Shown here in pieces: positions 51,534 to 63,190 of a DNA stretch of 64,000 nucleotides. Where the stretch lies: the NCBI GenBank assembly GCA_002269645.1, contig NIVC01001661.1, positions 186,001-250,000 on the forward strand, in the 5' to 3' direction. Every line of letters begins with the position of its first letter. Position 1 is the stretch's first letter. The translations under genes and the position numbers were made by a program. This stretch comes from Macrostomum lignano (Eukaryota). The notes under the pieces are model-generated. The model saw nothing but the letters and a program-made list of their open reading frames with translations. It searched no databases and had not been told where the DNA came from.

Positions 51534-51768
51534 AAAATTCGCGGCTTGGAATTCGATTTTCTATTGAATTGATTCCGATTTTTTAGCTCTATAAGACTCA
51601 GAAGTTTTTGATCAATGGGTGGCGTCGCTTGAGTGAAAATTAATAACTCAATTAGCATTTTTCTTAATTAATCTTTGCTGCAACAAGACAAAGTTGAGTC
51701 TACTGCTTGAAGAAGCTGTCATACAGAGCACTAAAAAATCATATAGATATTATTTTATTTTATTCTTA

Positions 51769-51996
51769 ATGTCGTCAAAGTTGCGCCAACAATTAGCAGC
51801 GGATAAAGATGACGTCATACCGCCGAAAGTTGCCGCAGCGGCTGCCGCGGCTGCCAATGCAGCAGGCAGCGGCCCGAACAGTCGGGCGTTTCAAGCCACC
51901 GCCAGGCGTCAGCGAATGTGCACCTCTAGGGCTGTTGGCATTGTTGAACAGCTGGCCGGCCAGGGCAGCGTCGGCATGGTGTACTTTTCGAGAGTT
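51769..51996 (+). CDS. RPAP2: RPAP2/Rtr1 RNA polymerase II CTD phosphatase homologue, exon 1
   Basis: MSSKLRQQ...RAVGIVEQL (cf. KALHIVEQL), then donor GTT|GTGAGT, phase 0. Confidence 0.7.
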
Positions 51997-52381
51997 GTGA
52001 GTTCGGGGTGCTCAGTTTTGTTGCTGAGTTAAATGTGGTAGAATTTAAGGATAGAATAGACTAGATTTATAGTAGATTCGGGAGTAGAATATAGGGGCAG
52101 AATAAAGTCTATTTTAGTAGATTCAAGGGTAGAAATGAGGGGTAGAGTATTTTTTCAATGTATTCAGAAGTAGAAATAAAGGGTAGAAAATCATATTTTT
52201 AGTAGATTCAGTAGTAGAAATTAAAGATAGAATAAAATACGAGTATGTTTTAGTAGATATATAGGAGCATAAATTAGGGCGGAATAGAAGACGAAATAGA
52301 TTAGGGATAGAACGATGGTAGAATGGTAGGGTGGATTCAAAGCTCAGCATAGCGGTTTTCCCCGTCTCTCCCCATCCGCAG

Positions 52382-52556
52382 CTGATCTACCTCAGCCGGC
52401 AGCACTACCTGGACGCAGTTACTGAGCGCAACTTGACCAACTCTTGCGGCTTCCCGCTGTGCCCTGAGCCGCTGAGCCCACTAGCGACAGAGCGCAACAG
52501 CAGCGCTACCGGATCATTGCGTCTACTAGGCGGTGTACGATGTCACTCGGCGAAAG
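52382..52556 (+). CDS. RPAP2: RPAP2 exon 2 (RTR1-type zinc finger); as assembled it needs two single-base insertions
   Basis: HYLDAVTERNLTNSCGFPLC is in frame A, QQRYRIIASTRR in frame B and VYDVTRRK in frame C. Acceptor CCGCAG|CTG, donor AAG|GTGACA. Confidence 0.8.
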
Positions 52557-52605
52557 GTGACAGATAGATCTGGCTAAACTCGGGTGTCTTATTGCCGGGT
52601 ATCGG

Positions 52606-52866
52606 ATGTCAGGTAGCCAGATGTCAGGTGTCAGGTAGCCAAATGTCAGGTAGCCAAATATCAGGTAGTCAAATGTCAGTTAGCCAAATGTCAGGTAGTC
52701 AAATGTCAGGTAGTCAAATGTCAGGTAGTCAAATGTCAGGTAGTCAAATGTCAGGTAGTCAAATGTCAGGTAGTCAAATGTCAGGTAGTCAAATGTCAGG
52801 TAGTCAAATATCAGGTAGCCAATTGTCAGGTAGTCAAATGTCAGGTAGTCAAATGTCAGGTGTCAG
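52606..52866 (+). repeat. 15-bp minisatellite (TCAGGTAGTCAAATG)n in RPAP2 intron 2
   Basis: Seen directly. Confidence 0.93.
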
Positions 52867-52902
52867 CTATCGCGAGGTGAACTTCTCAATGCCATCGCTC
52901 AG

Positions 52903-53551
52903 TGCTACTGCTCCGATGCCTGCTTCGCCCAATCGGCCTACGTACACGATAAACTCATCCCGGAGACTCCGCTGTGGCTTCGCGTCGGCGCCGATGCTTC
53001 CGCCTCCTGCGTCGATCCGCCGCCGCTCACCGCCGACGCCCTGACGGAGACACTCGCCGCAGTGGAGCCGCGGCCTGGCGACCCGGTGGTCCTGGACGCC
53101 GTGGCCGAAGATTTGGACCGGCTGCTCAAAATCAGCGACAAGCCGCAGGCGTCGGAAGTCAAGGAGGCGCCAAAGTTATCGACGGAGACGCCGGCCCAGC
53201 GGCCGAGTCTGGCCTGGCTGGACCGGCTCGTCCAGTCGACATCGACGGCTACCGACTCGGCGCCGTTTGCGACGTCCACAGCGAGTATGCGGGCCGATCC
53301 GGAGACTGCAGCGTTCGCCATCGCGTCCGATTGGTTTACCCGGGCCACCAGGGACTTTCTGACTAATCGGAGCAGACCCATGGCGTCAGCTGGCACCGCT
53401 GCTGACAGCGTCGCTAAGGCTACCGTTCGGTTGCTAAGCAACGAAGTAGCGACCCCGTTGGCAACCAAAAGAAATGTTCCTTCCGCTGTTAAAAGCTCGT
53501 CCAATTCGAACTCCGTGAAAATTGTTGAACGATTTCCCTCGTCCTCTGCTG
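52903..53551 (+). CDS. RPAP2: RPAP2 exon 3
   Basis: Acceptor CTCAG|TGC. Begins CYCSDACFAQSAYV...IPETPLWLR and includes SDWFTRATRDFL. The phase-compatible donor is G|GCAAGT. Confidence 0.8.
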
Positions 53552-53589
53552 GCAAGTAACTGTGTTCGAGCCTTTTTGGCTATCAGCCT

Positions 53590-53750
53590 TAGTGAGTTAG
53601 TTAGGTAGATTCATAGGTAAGTAGGTAGTTAGGTATTTAATTAATTAGTTAGTTACTTAGTTAGTTAATTAGTTTGTTTGTTTGTTTGCTAGTTAGTCAG
53701 TTAGTTAGCTAGTTAGTTAGTTAGTTAGTTAGTTATTTAGTTAATTAGTC

Positions 53751-53803
<53 letters not shown>

Positions 53804-53842
53804 TTTAGTTAATTAGTCAGTTAGTTATTTAGTTAATTAGTC

Positions 53843-53877
<35 letters not shown>

Positions 53878-53910
53878 CAGTTAGTTAGTTAGTTAGTTAG
53901 TTAATTAGTC

Positions 53911-53969
<59 letters not shown>

Positions 53970-54062
53970 CAGTTAGTTAGTTAGTTAGCTAGATAGTTAG
54001 TTAGTCAGTTAGTTAGTTAGTTAGTTAGTCAGTTAGTTAGTTAGTTAGTTAGTTAATTAGTC

Positions 54063-54103
<41 letters not shown>

Positions 54104-54938
54104 TGTGATGATGGGGCTCAAGGGCTCGGTCCTTTCGTGCCCCTTTCCCAGACCCGGGTTCGTGTACTGACCCTGGCTGCGGTCCTCCACTGACACGCGT
54201 ACGACGCGGTGTCCGTCGGGACTAGGCTGCTCGAGCGTACGACGCACGACAGCCTACAGACTCGCGTACGACGCAGAGCTGCTTGGGGTGGGACCGGCGT
54301 ACGACGCACTTAATCCCTCTAAGGTGCCTAGTACAGATGCAGACCCAAATGACGTACAAATTGGAAGGCTTACCAGCCGCGATTTCAGTCGTACAAGAAA
54401 CAGCGCCGTCAGAGCAGTGGTGATCTCGATATTCTTTACTTATATATTTGTCTAGCAATTCTGCGAGGAATAGCAATTCAGCAACCAACGCTGGCACAAT
54501 CGCCGAGGAGCCACGAAGACGACGAGAATGGGGTCTCAAGGGGGCCGAATAAATAGGCAGCAAACTGGGGGTTGAGGGCGCGGGATAAAGGCAGAAAAGG
54601 GGGCTTAGACATCAGCCAAGGCAACGCATGAGCTGTACCAGCCAATCGCCGGGGCGCAGCACGGCAGACTGGGACTGGCAGCCAATCACAAACAGGGGCG
54701 GGGCAGCAAAGCTAACAAAATAATGGGGCGGGGTCGCACAGGGGGGGTCGCACGCAGAGCATGGGGGGGGGGTTGACTCAACAGAAAAGGTCTAGGCAGG
54801 GAGGGGAGGGGTACGCACGCGCAGAAGTGCAGGTGAGTGAGTCAGAAAATATCTAAGGAGGGGGGAGGGGGAGAGGACGGCCCACTGGCCCGGTGCAGCA
54901 ACTAAGCAAAGAGCACACTGTCATAACACATTCATGAC

Positions 54939-55013
<75 letters not shown>

Positions 55014-55034
55014 CAGTTAGTTAGTTAGTTAGTC

Positions 55035-55075
<41 letters not shown>

Positions 55076-55114
55076 ATTAGTCAGTCAGTTAGTTAGTTAT
55101 TTAGTTAATTAGTC

Positions 55115-55169
<55 letters not shown>

Positions 55170-55194
55170 CAGTTAGTTAGTTAGTTAGTTAGTC

Positions 55195-55239
<45 letters not shown>

Positions 55240-55240
55240 T
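53590..55240 (+). repeat. (TTAG)n microsatellite in RPAP2 intron 3, split by a solo LTR
   Basis: Seen directly on both sides of 54104-54939. Confidence 0.95.
54104..54939 (-). mobile_element. Solo LTR-like element, 836 bp, TG...CA, apparent TSD GTTA
   Basis: Minus strand starts TGTCATGAATG and ends ATCATCACA. GC boxes and CCAAT boxes precede a TATATAAG-like motif in that orientation. The TSD falls inside a microsatellite, so it is weak evidence. Confidence 0.6.
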
Positions 55241-55374
55241 CAATACGCTCGTAGTTTATTCGTCAGTTAGTTACTTAGTTCGTTTTAGCATAAAATACGT
55301 TAAAATTCGCAGCTTGCCTACTAACATCAAACTGACAGTAGCATGATTAGCAGCTGTGTTCTATTCTATTTTAG

Positions 55375-55555
55375 AAAAAGAAACGGCCGCCAGGGAGCAG
55401 CGCCGCATGCCGCCGGTGGACTCGGCCAGCCAGGCGACCCTGCGTCGTCGCGTCGTCCAAGAAAAATTGGCCGCTTTTGTCGGCGCCGCCGCTGTTAAAC
55501 TCGACGGCTTAAATTGCATCGCGGACGATCTCAGGCAGCTTGTTGACACGTTCAA
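55375..55555 (+). CDS. RPAP2: RPAP2 exon 4
   Basis: MPPVDSASQATLRRRVVQEKL...LRQLVDTFK matches the RPAP2 C-terminal motif. Acceptor TTTTAG|, donor AA|GTGCG. Confidence 0.8.
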
Positions 55556-55657
55556 GTGCGTGCTTTTAATTGTGTCCTCGCTGAGTGTGTTTAACTCCAG
55601 CGCTGTTTTAATAAGTGTATAAGCTTAGTCCGATCTGTTTGAACAATTCCTTCACAG

Positions 55658-55726
55658 GCTGACAAGCGGCAACATTGCTTTGGCCACGCCTGTGTGGGAG
55701 ATCCTTGGCTGGCTCGTACTCATGCT
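55658..55726 (+). CDS. RPAP2: RPAP2 exon 5
   Basis: Acceptor TCACAG|G is phase-compatible. Translates LTSGNIALATPVWEILGWLVLML (cf. LTNRNI...EWTLIA), then donor GTGAGT. Confidence 0.75.
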
Positions 55727-56049
55727 GTGAGTAGCTTAAATAGCTCGATATACAAGTGGCCTAGCGAGAGAGCACCTGGCCTCTCTATCCATCTGTTTTT
55801 AATAAATATCTCACTTCTCTGAACTTCTTCAAGCTCTCTTAGCCTCAAACCGAATAGCTCGGAAGGCACCTGTGCTCTCTTTGCGGCCACTTGTTGCTCG
55901 CTTAATTTCATACTTGAGCTGGCGGCACTGCTGGGATCGGAGGGATTCTTCAGCTATTGAGAATTGCATTGCGCAATCTGATCACGGCTTGCTGTTGCTG
56001 CTTTTTAGAGTCCTAAATCTTTCTTAATCTGTGTTTTGTTTTGCTTGCT

Positions 56050-58660
56050 GTTGCCCCAGATCCTCAGTTGCTGGGCCAGCCTCACAGATCCTCAGTTGCT
56101 GGACCAGCCTCCAAGATCCTCAGTTGCTGGGCCAGCCTCCAAGATCCTCAGTTGCTGGGCCAGCCTCCAAGATCCTCAGTTGCTGATCCAGCCTCCCAGA
56201 TCCTCAGTTGCAGGACCAGCCTCCCAGATCCTCAGTTGCAGGACCAGCCTCCCAGATCCTCAGTTACTGGACCAGCCTCCCAGATCCTCAGTTGCTGGGC
56301 CAGCCTCCAAGATCCTCAGTTGCTGGGCCAGCCTCCAAGATCCTCAGTTGCTGGGCCAGCCTCCAAGATCCTCAGTTGCTGATCCAGCCTCCCAGATCCT
56401 CAGTTGCTGGACCAGCCTCCCAGATCCTCAGTTGCTGGGCCAGCCTCCCAGATCCTCAGTTGCAGGACCAGCCTCCAAGATCCTCAGTTGCTGGGCCAGC
56501 CTCCAAGATCCTCAGTTGCTGATCCAGCCTCCCAGATCCTCAGTTGCAGGACCAGCCTCCCAGATCCTCAGTTGCTGGGCCAGCTTCCCAGAGTGTCAGT
56601 TGCTGGATCAGCCTCCCAGATCCTCAGTTGCTGGACCAGCCTCCCAGATCCTCAGTTGCTGGGCCAGCCTCCCAGATCCTCAGTTGCTGGGCCAGCCTCC
56701 AAGATCCTCAGTTGCTGGGCCAGCCTCCCAGATCCTCAGTTGCTGGGCCAGCCTCCAAGATCCTCAGTTGCTGATCCAGCCTCCCAGATCCTCAGTTGCA
56801 GGACCAGCCTCCCAGATCCTCAGTTGCAGGATCACCCTCCCAGATCCTCAGTTGCTGGACCAGCCTCCCAGATCATCAGTTGCAGGACCAGCCTCCAAGA
56901 TCCTCAGTTGCTGGGCCAGCCTCCAAGATCCTCAGTTGCTGATCCAGCCTCCCAGATCCTCAGTTGCAGGACCAGCCTCCCAGATCCTCAGTTGCTGGGC
57001 CAGCTTCCCAGAGTGTCAGTTGCTGGATCAGCCTCCCAGATCCTCAGTTGCTGGACCAGCCTCACAGATCCTCAGTTGCTGGACCAGCCTCCAAGATCCT
57101 CAGTTGCTGGGCCAGCCTCCAAGATCCTCAGTTGCTGGGCCAGCCTCCAAGATCCTCAGTTGCTGATCCAGCCTCCCAGATCCTCAGTTGCAGGACCAGC
57201 CTCCCAGATCCTCAGTTGCAGGACCAGCCTCCCAGATCCTCAGTTACTGGACCAGCCTCCCAGATCCTCAGTTGCTGGGCCAGCCTCCAAGATCCTCAGT
57301 TGCTGGGCCAGCCTCCAAGATCCTCAGTTGCTGGGCCAGCCTCCAAGATCCTCAGTTGCTGATCCAGCCTCCCAGATCCTCAGTTGCAGGACCAGCCTCC
57401 CAGATCCTCAGTTGCTGGGCCAGCCTCCCAGATCCTCAGTTGCAGGACCAGCCTCCAAGATCCTCAGTTGCTGGGCCAGCCTCCAAGATCCTCAGTTGCT
57501 GATCCAGCCTCCCAGATCCTCAGTTGCAGGACCAGCCTCCCAGATCCTCAGTTGCTGGGCCAGCTTCCCAGAGTGTCAGTTGCTGGATCAGCCTCCCAGA
57601 TCCTCAGTTGCTGGACCAGCCTCCCAGATCCTCAGTTGCTGGGCCAGCCTCCCAGATCCTCAGTTGCTGGGCCAGCCTCCAAGATCCTCAGTTGCTGGGC
57701 CAGCCTCCCAGATCCTCAGTTGCTGGGCCAGCCTCCAAGATCCTCAGTTGCTGATCCAGCCTCCCAGATCCTCAGTTGCAGGACCAGCCTCCCACATCCT
57801 CAGTTGCAGGATCACCCTCCCAGATCCTCAGTTGCTGGACCAGCCTCCCAGATCATCAGTTGCAGGACCAGCCTCCAAGATCCTCAGTTGCTGGGCCAGC
57901 CTCCAAGATCCTCAGTTGCTGATCCAGCCTCCCAGATCCTCAGTTGCAGGACCAGCCTCCCAGATCCTCAGTTGCTGGGCCAGCTTCCCAGAGTGTCAGT
58001 TGCTGGATCAGCCTCCCAGATCCTCAGTTGCTGGACCAGCCTCCCAGATCCTCAGTTGCTGGGCCAGCCTCCCAGATCCTCAGTTGCTGGGCCAGCCTCC
58101 AAGATCCTCAGTTGCTGGGCCAGCCTCCCAGATCCTCAGTTGCTGGGCCAGCCTCCAAGATCCTCAGTTGCTGATCCAGCCTCCCAGATCCTCAGTTGCA
58201 GGACCAGCCTCCCAGATCCTCAGTTGCAGGATCACCCTCCCAGATCCTCAGTTGCTGGACCAGCCTCCCAGATCATCAGTTGCTGGACCAGCCTCCCAGA
58301 TCCTCAGTTGCTGGGCCAGCCTCCAAGATCCTCAGTTGCTGGGCTAGCCTCCCAGATCTTCAGTTGCTGGGCCAGCCTCCCAGATCCTCAGTTGCAGGAC
58401 CAGCCTCCCAGATCCTCAGTTGCTGGGCCAGACTCCCAGATCCTCAGTTACTGGGCCAGCATCCCAGATCCTCAGTTACTGGGCCAGCCTCCCAGATCCT
58501 CAGTTGCTGGGCCAGCCTCCCAGATCCTCAGTTGCAGGACCACCATCCCAGATCCTCAGTTGCTGGGCCAGCCTCCCAGATCCTCAGTTGCTGGGCCAGC
58601 CTCCCAGATCCTCAGTTGCTGGGCCAGACTCCCAGATCCTCAGTTGCTGGGCCAGCCTCT
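56050..58660 (+). repeat. 28-bp minisatellite (CCAGCCTCCCAGATCCTCAGTTGCTGGG)n with 420/980-bp higher-order repeats, probably in RPAP2 intron 5
   Basis: Seen directly. Identical ORF-track entries are spaced 420 and 980 bp apart. Confidence 0.96.
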
Positions 58661-58823
58661 CAAATCTTCATCCTGGTCCATACCATGCACTTAGTCGGAG
58701 CCAAACCAAGCCAACCATTCAACAATTGAATTCTCAGCTCATCTATGAAACTGTTATGCTATTCTCCGAATTAAGAATCCAGCTATAATATCGTATCCCT
58801 GCGGCTTCCTCTATATCAACCAG

Positions 58824-58872
58824 GTGCAAGATCTACTCGAAGCGCTGGCCCAGTGTCAAAAAAAACTGTTAA
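58824..58872 (+). CDS. Possible terminal RPAP2 exon (tentative)
   Basis: First good pyrimidine-rich acceptor after the array (CTTCCTCTATATCAACCAG|G). The phase-2 reading gives LCKIYSKRWPSVKKNC*. No recognisable motif. Confidence 0.25.
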
Positions 58873-59812
58873 CATTCGGGGTAAATACAAATGCTCGTGC
58901 TCAACTAGCTGAGCACAGGGAAAGTGTGAGAAAAGCTCTGTTAAAAACCTGAAATTAGAAGAGTCTTTTTATGAAGACAAACACCCGCCCGAAGTAGGGA
59001 GGCTTAGGCTCTACCGTTTTCCTCTCTTTTTTTCAATCTATTCTCAAGCTCAATACCGCAGTCACAGCCCCCCCCCCCCTAGGTCAACATGAGTTATTCT
59101 TCTAACTTCTCATTCGTGTCGGCCTGCTGTTTACCCTGGCAGGCCTTCGACGCGGGGAGTGGGGGGTTGGTTGGGTGTGCAGTTAAAGGTGTCAATGCTG
59201 TCTTGTTAACTTATCCCAACAGTTCACTTAAACCTATAATAGTATTGTGCGTGTGTTTGTGTTGCTCAATTCATATGTGTATATTCTTTAGTCTAAGCGG
59301 CAGATCTGAAAGAATTGCTTGGATATGTGCTTTCCTGTTCCAAAATCGAGTGAGAACGTTTTCCCTTAATTTCTCATTCTTCCCAAAAGCTAGAAGGGCC
59401 CGATTGTGTCAAGTGGGAAGAAAGTGAGATCTTCTATTGGCGCAATCGCACCTGCTTTCGCTTTCAGTCTGGCAGCTTTGCCCCTCTACTGTATGTTTGA
59501 TTAGAAGAGGGGCTGGGCTGTCTGGCACACGCAATAATAGTGTACCTTGAGCGCGTGTCCCTGCTATGACGCTGTGCGCGTGTTCAAGATGTGTTTGAGC
59601 TGGCACCTGGGCCTGTCTATATACTCACATGCTGTAATATCTTGTTCTGTTCCGCTGAAGGAGTTTGCGTTGAGTCTCAATACTGGACATTTGATAGGCC
59701 TGATGGCGCGTGGATTCTTGCTTCTTTATCTTTTGCATTATACTTTTCGTTACTTTTCTTTTTACTGATAAGTACAAATTGTTTTATTCGAAACATTTTA
59801 TTATGTCCCTTA

Positions 59813-60705
59813 GTCCTCAGTCCCCAGTCCCCAGTCCTTCAGTCCTTCAGTCCCCAGTCCTTCAGTCCTTCAGTCCCCAGTCCTTCAGTCCCCAGTCCTT
59901 CAGTCCCCAGTCCTTCAGTCCCCAGTCCTTCAGTCCCCAGTCCTTCAGTCCCCAGTCCTTCAGTCCCCAGTCCTTCAGTCCCCAGTCCTTCAGTCCCCAG
60001 TCCTTCAGTCCCCAGTCCTTCAGTCCCCAGTCCTTCAGTCCCCAGTCCTTCAGTCCCCAGTCCTTCAGTCCCCAGTCCCCATTCCTTCAGTCTCCAGTCC
60101 CCATTCCTTCACTCCCCAGTCCCCAGTCCTTCAGTCCCCAGTCCTTCAGTCCCCAGTCCTTCAGTCCCCAGTCCTTCAGTCCCCAGTCCTTCAGTCCCCA
60201 GTCCTTCAGTCCCCAGTCCTTCAGTCCCCAGTCCTTCAGTCCCCAGTCCCCATTCCTTCAGTCTCCAGTCCCCATTCCTTCACTCCCCAGTCCCCAGTCC
60301 TTCAGTCCCCAGTCCTTCAGTCCCCAGTCCTTCAGTCCCCAGTCCTTCAGTCCCCAGTCCTTCAGTCCCCAGTCCTTCAGTCCCCAGTCCTTCAGTCCCC
60401 AGTCCTTCAGTCCCCAGTCCTTCAGTCCCCAGTCCCCATTCCTTCACTCCCCAGTCCCCAGTCCTTCAGTCCCCAGTCCTTCAGTCCCCAGTCCTTCAGT
60501 CCCCAGTCCTTCAGTCCCCAGTCCTTCAGTCCCCAGTCCTTCAGTCCCCAGTCCTTCAGTCCCCAGTCCTTCAGTCCCCAGTCCTTCAGTCCCCAGTCCT
60601 TCAGTCCCCAGTCCTTCAGTCCCCAGTCCTTCAGTCCTTCAGTCCCCAGTCCCCATTCCTTCAGTCCCCAGTCCTTCAGTCCTTCAGTCCCCAGTCCCCA
60701 GTCCA
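59813..60705 (+). repeat. 15-bp minisatellite (CAGTCCCCAGTCCTT)n
   Basis: Seen directly. Confidence 0.95.
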
Positions 60706-62309
60706 GTCTGACATTCTTTCAGTCTGCCCCCCAGCCTGTTAATCTCACTTTGCAGATTAAGAACATGCAAGACCATTTCGGACAGAGGCCTCTGTTTGCC
60801 AACTTTTTTCGTTTAGGATAAATCCCTTTTCTCTGCTCTACTTGATTTCGCTTCTTCTTGTAGCAGCAGACGACAGGCTGAAGCAGCGCATATGTTCGCT
60901 AGTTTTTTCGCTGAATGAGCAGCCTGTTTGCATTGGGGACAGAGACGGACGGGAGGGCCTCAAAGTCTTCTTTATAATAGTGTAATATTTAGCTGCATGC
61001 AATTCCCATAAATTGGGAAGGATATATCACTACTAAGACCAATCTGTAAGAGCGCTCAAGTTTGCAAAAAAGGGTCCTTCTGCTTCAGGCCCGACAGACA
61101 ATCCTGAAGTGTCCCCATATGCTTGCTGTTGACACATTTTTAAAGCAGTTTTTTTTATATTCCTGCAAGCCTGAGCGATTAGCAAGGTGTTTGCTTTTGC
61201 GCTTCTGCCCTTCTGGAGGGAGGGGGGTTGCCATTATCTTGATTGTTAACCTTGATTTTTTGCAGACAATCAGCTAAGCAGTGCAGCGCGAATCGGAATC
61301 TTAAGAGGTCATTGCGGGACGGGGGGAGCATCGCCCTTGTGCATTGTGCGTGTCCACTTCAGGCAATGCTTCTGCAGATTTTTGCTGCGTCTGTTGCTGC
61401 TTTCGCATCTCTTCAAGCCGGATAGAGTGGGAATCGTTTCTGCTTTTGCTGTTGCTGCGTGTGTTTTGTGAAACAAAAACAAAATCGATCGCGGAACCTC
61501 CCGACAGAATCAGGTGCTGCGTCCCCCTGCCCCGATTTCCTCTCTTGTCCTTGCTTTCTTTCTGCTTCTAGATTCCCAGCAGTTGATTCTCTGATTTCTA
61601 ATCCTTGTTGCTATTCCTTCTAGAAGCAGCAGCAGCAGCAGCAGCGTCTCCTTGACGGAAGTGAGAAGAGGGGTTAAAAACCAACCTAAGCCGCGCACAC
61701 AGATTATGCATTGTTAGGAGAAATAGGGGCGGTTTGCGCGTGTCTCTGTGTATGTGTGTGTGTGTGTTTTGCTAGACCAATTTTGAACAAATACGGACCA
61801 TCAAACCCCGCCTGCAGATGCTTTTTAGCTCCCGATTCCCATCTCCATTTCCTGTCTCATTTTTGCCGCTTAGATTCCTAATACCTTTCTCAATCAAATA
61901 TAAGCTACTGCCTGTATCACCCCCGCTTTCCCCTAAAATTCGTTGTGGAAGGTCCAGGCTTCCTGTGTTGTCTCTATATAAATTTGTATGTGTATGTATG
62001 CGTGTGTAAGTCTGTGTCTTTCTCAATCTTTTGCAGGCAAATATGAATTCCAGTTCGGTTTAAAACTGTGGAAACGTCTGGGATACGACTGGCCCGCGAC
62101 TCAAATTTTGGGAGTGTGGGAGGTTTGGGAAATTGAGTCAGATAATTCTCGGGTGATAATCCTTATTTTCTTCAGAAATGTTTCATCTGCCGAGGTTCTA
62201 ATGCGGCTTTGCTGTCCTTTGGTTTGCGATTTTATAACTTGGGTGTGGGAATGGGAGGGCGATGCAGGGAGAGAAATTTATTGATCAGGGGGAAATGAAG
62301 GGGAGATGG

Positions 62310-63190
62310 TGAGATGCAGGGCGACAAGGAGAAATGGAGGCATGTAGAGAGAAAGGGAGAGAGGCAGAGATGCAGGCAGAGTGGAAGAGATGCAAGGAGA
62401 GAGGCAGAGATGCAGGGAGAGAGGCAGAGATGCAGGCAGAGTGGAAGAGATGCAAGAAGAGAGGCAGAGATGCAGGGAGAGAGGCAGAGATGCAGGGAGA
62501 GAGGCAGAGATGCAGGGAGAGGCAGAGATGCAAGGAGAGAGGCAGAGATGCAGGGAGAGAGGAAGAGATGCAGGCAGAGTGGAAGAGATGCAAGGAGAGA
62601 GGCAGAGATGCAGGCAGAGTGGAAGAGATACAGGGAGAGAGGAAGAGATGCAGGGAGAGAGGCAGAGATGCAGGGAGAGAGGCAGAGATGCAGGGAGAGA
62701 GGAAGATGCAGGGAGAGAAGCAGAGATGAAGGGAGAGAGGAGATATGCAGGGAGAGAGGAAGAGATGCAGGGAGAGAAGCAGAGATGCAGGGAGAGAGGG
62801 AGAGATGCAGGCAGAGTGGAAGAGATGCAAGGAGAGAGACGGAGATGCAGGGAGAGAGGCAGAGATGCAGGTAGAGAGGCGGAGATGCAGGGAGAGGGGA
62901 AAAGATGCAGGGAGAGAGAAGAGATGCAAGGAGAGAGGAAGAGATGCAGGGAGAGAGGAAGAGATGCAGGGAGAGAGGAAGAGATGCAGGGAGAGAGGAA
63001 GAGATGCAGGGAGAGAGGAAGAGATGCAGGGAGAGAGGAAGAGATGCAGGCAGAGTGGAAGAGATGCATGGAGAGAGGAAGATGCAGGGAGAGAGGCAGA
63101 GATGCAGGGAGAGGAAGAGATGCAGCGGGAGAGGAAGAGATGCAGGGAGAGAGGAAGAGATGCAGGGAGAGAGGCAGGGAGAGGTAGAGG
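62310..63190 (+). repeat. Purine-rich ~20-bp minisatellite (GAGATGCAGGGAGAGAGGAA)n
   Basis: Seen directly. Confidence 0.92.

Noticed and set aside
53590-55240. (TTAG)n as interstitial telomere
   Set aside because: There are no TTAGG/TTAGGG units; it is an ordinary tetranucleotide microsatellite.
56036-58788. Long ORFs of 376-647 aa (DPQLLGQPPRSSVAGPASQILSCW repeats)
   Set aside because: All three frames give the same rotating peptide from a 28-bp unit that lacks stops. This is a repeat artefact, probably intronic.
59591-60742. 383-aa ORF with a hydrophobic stretch followed by (PSPSV)n, extensin-like
   Set aside because: It derives from a stop-free 15-bp array that is open in several frames, and the N-terminal part has no coding-like composition. 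There is no splice or homology support.
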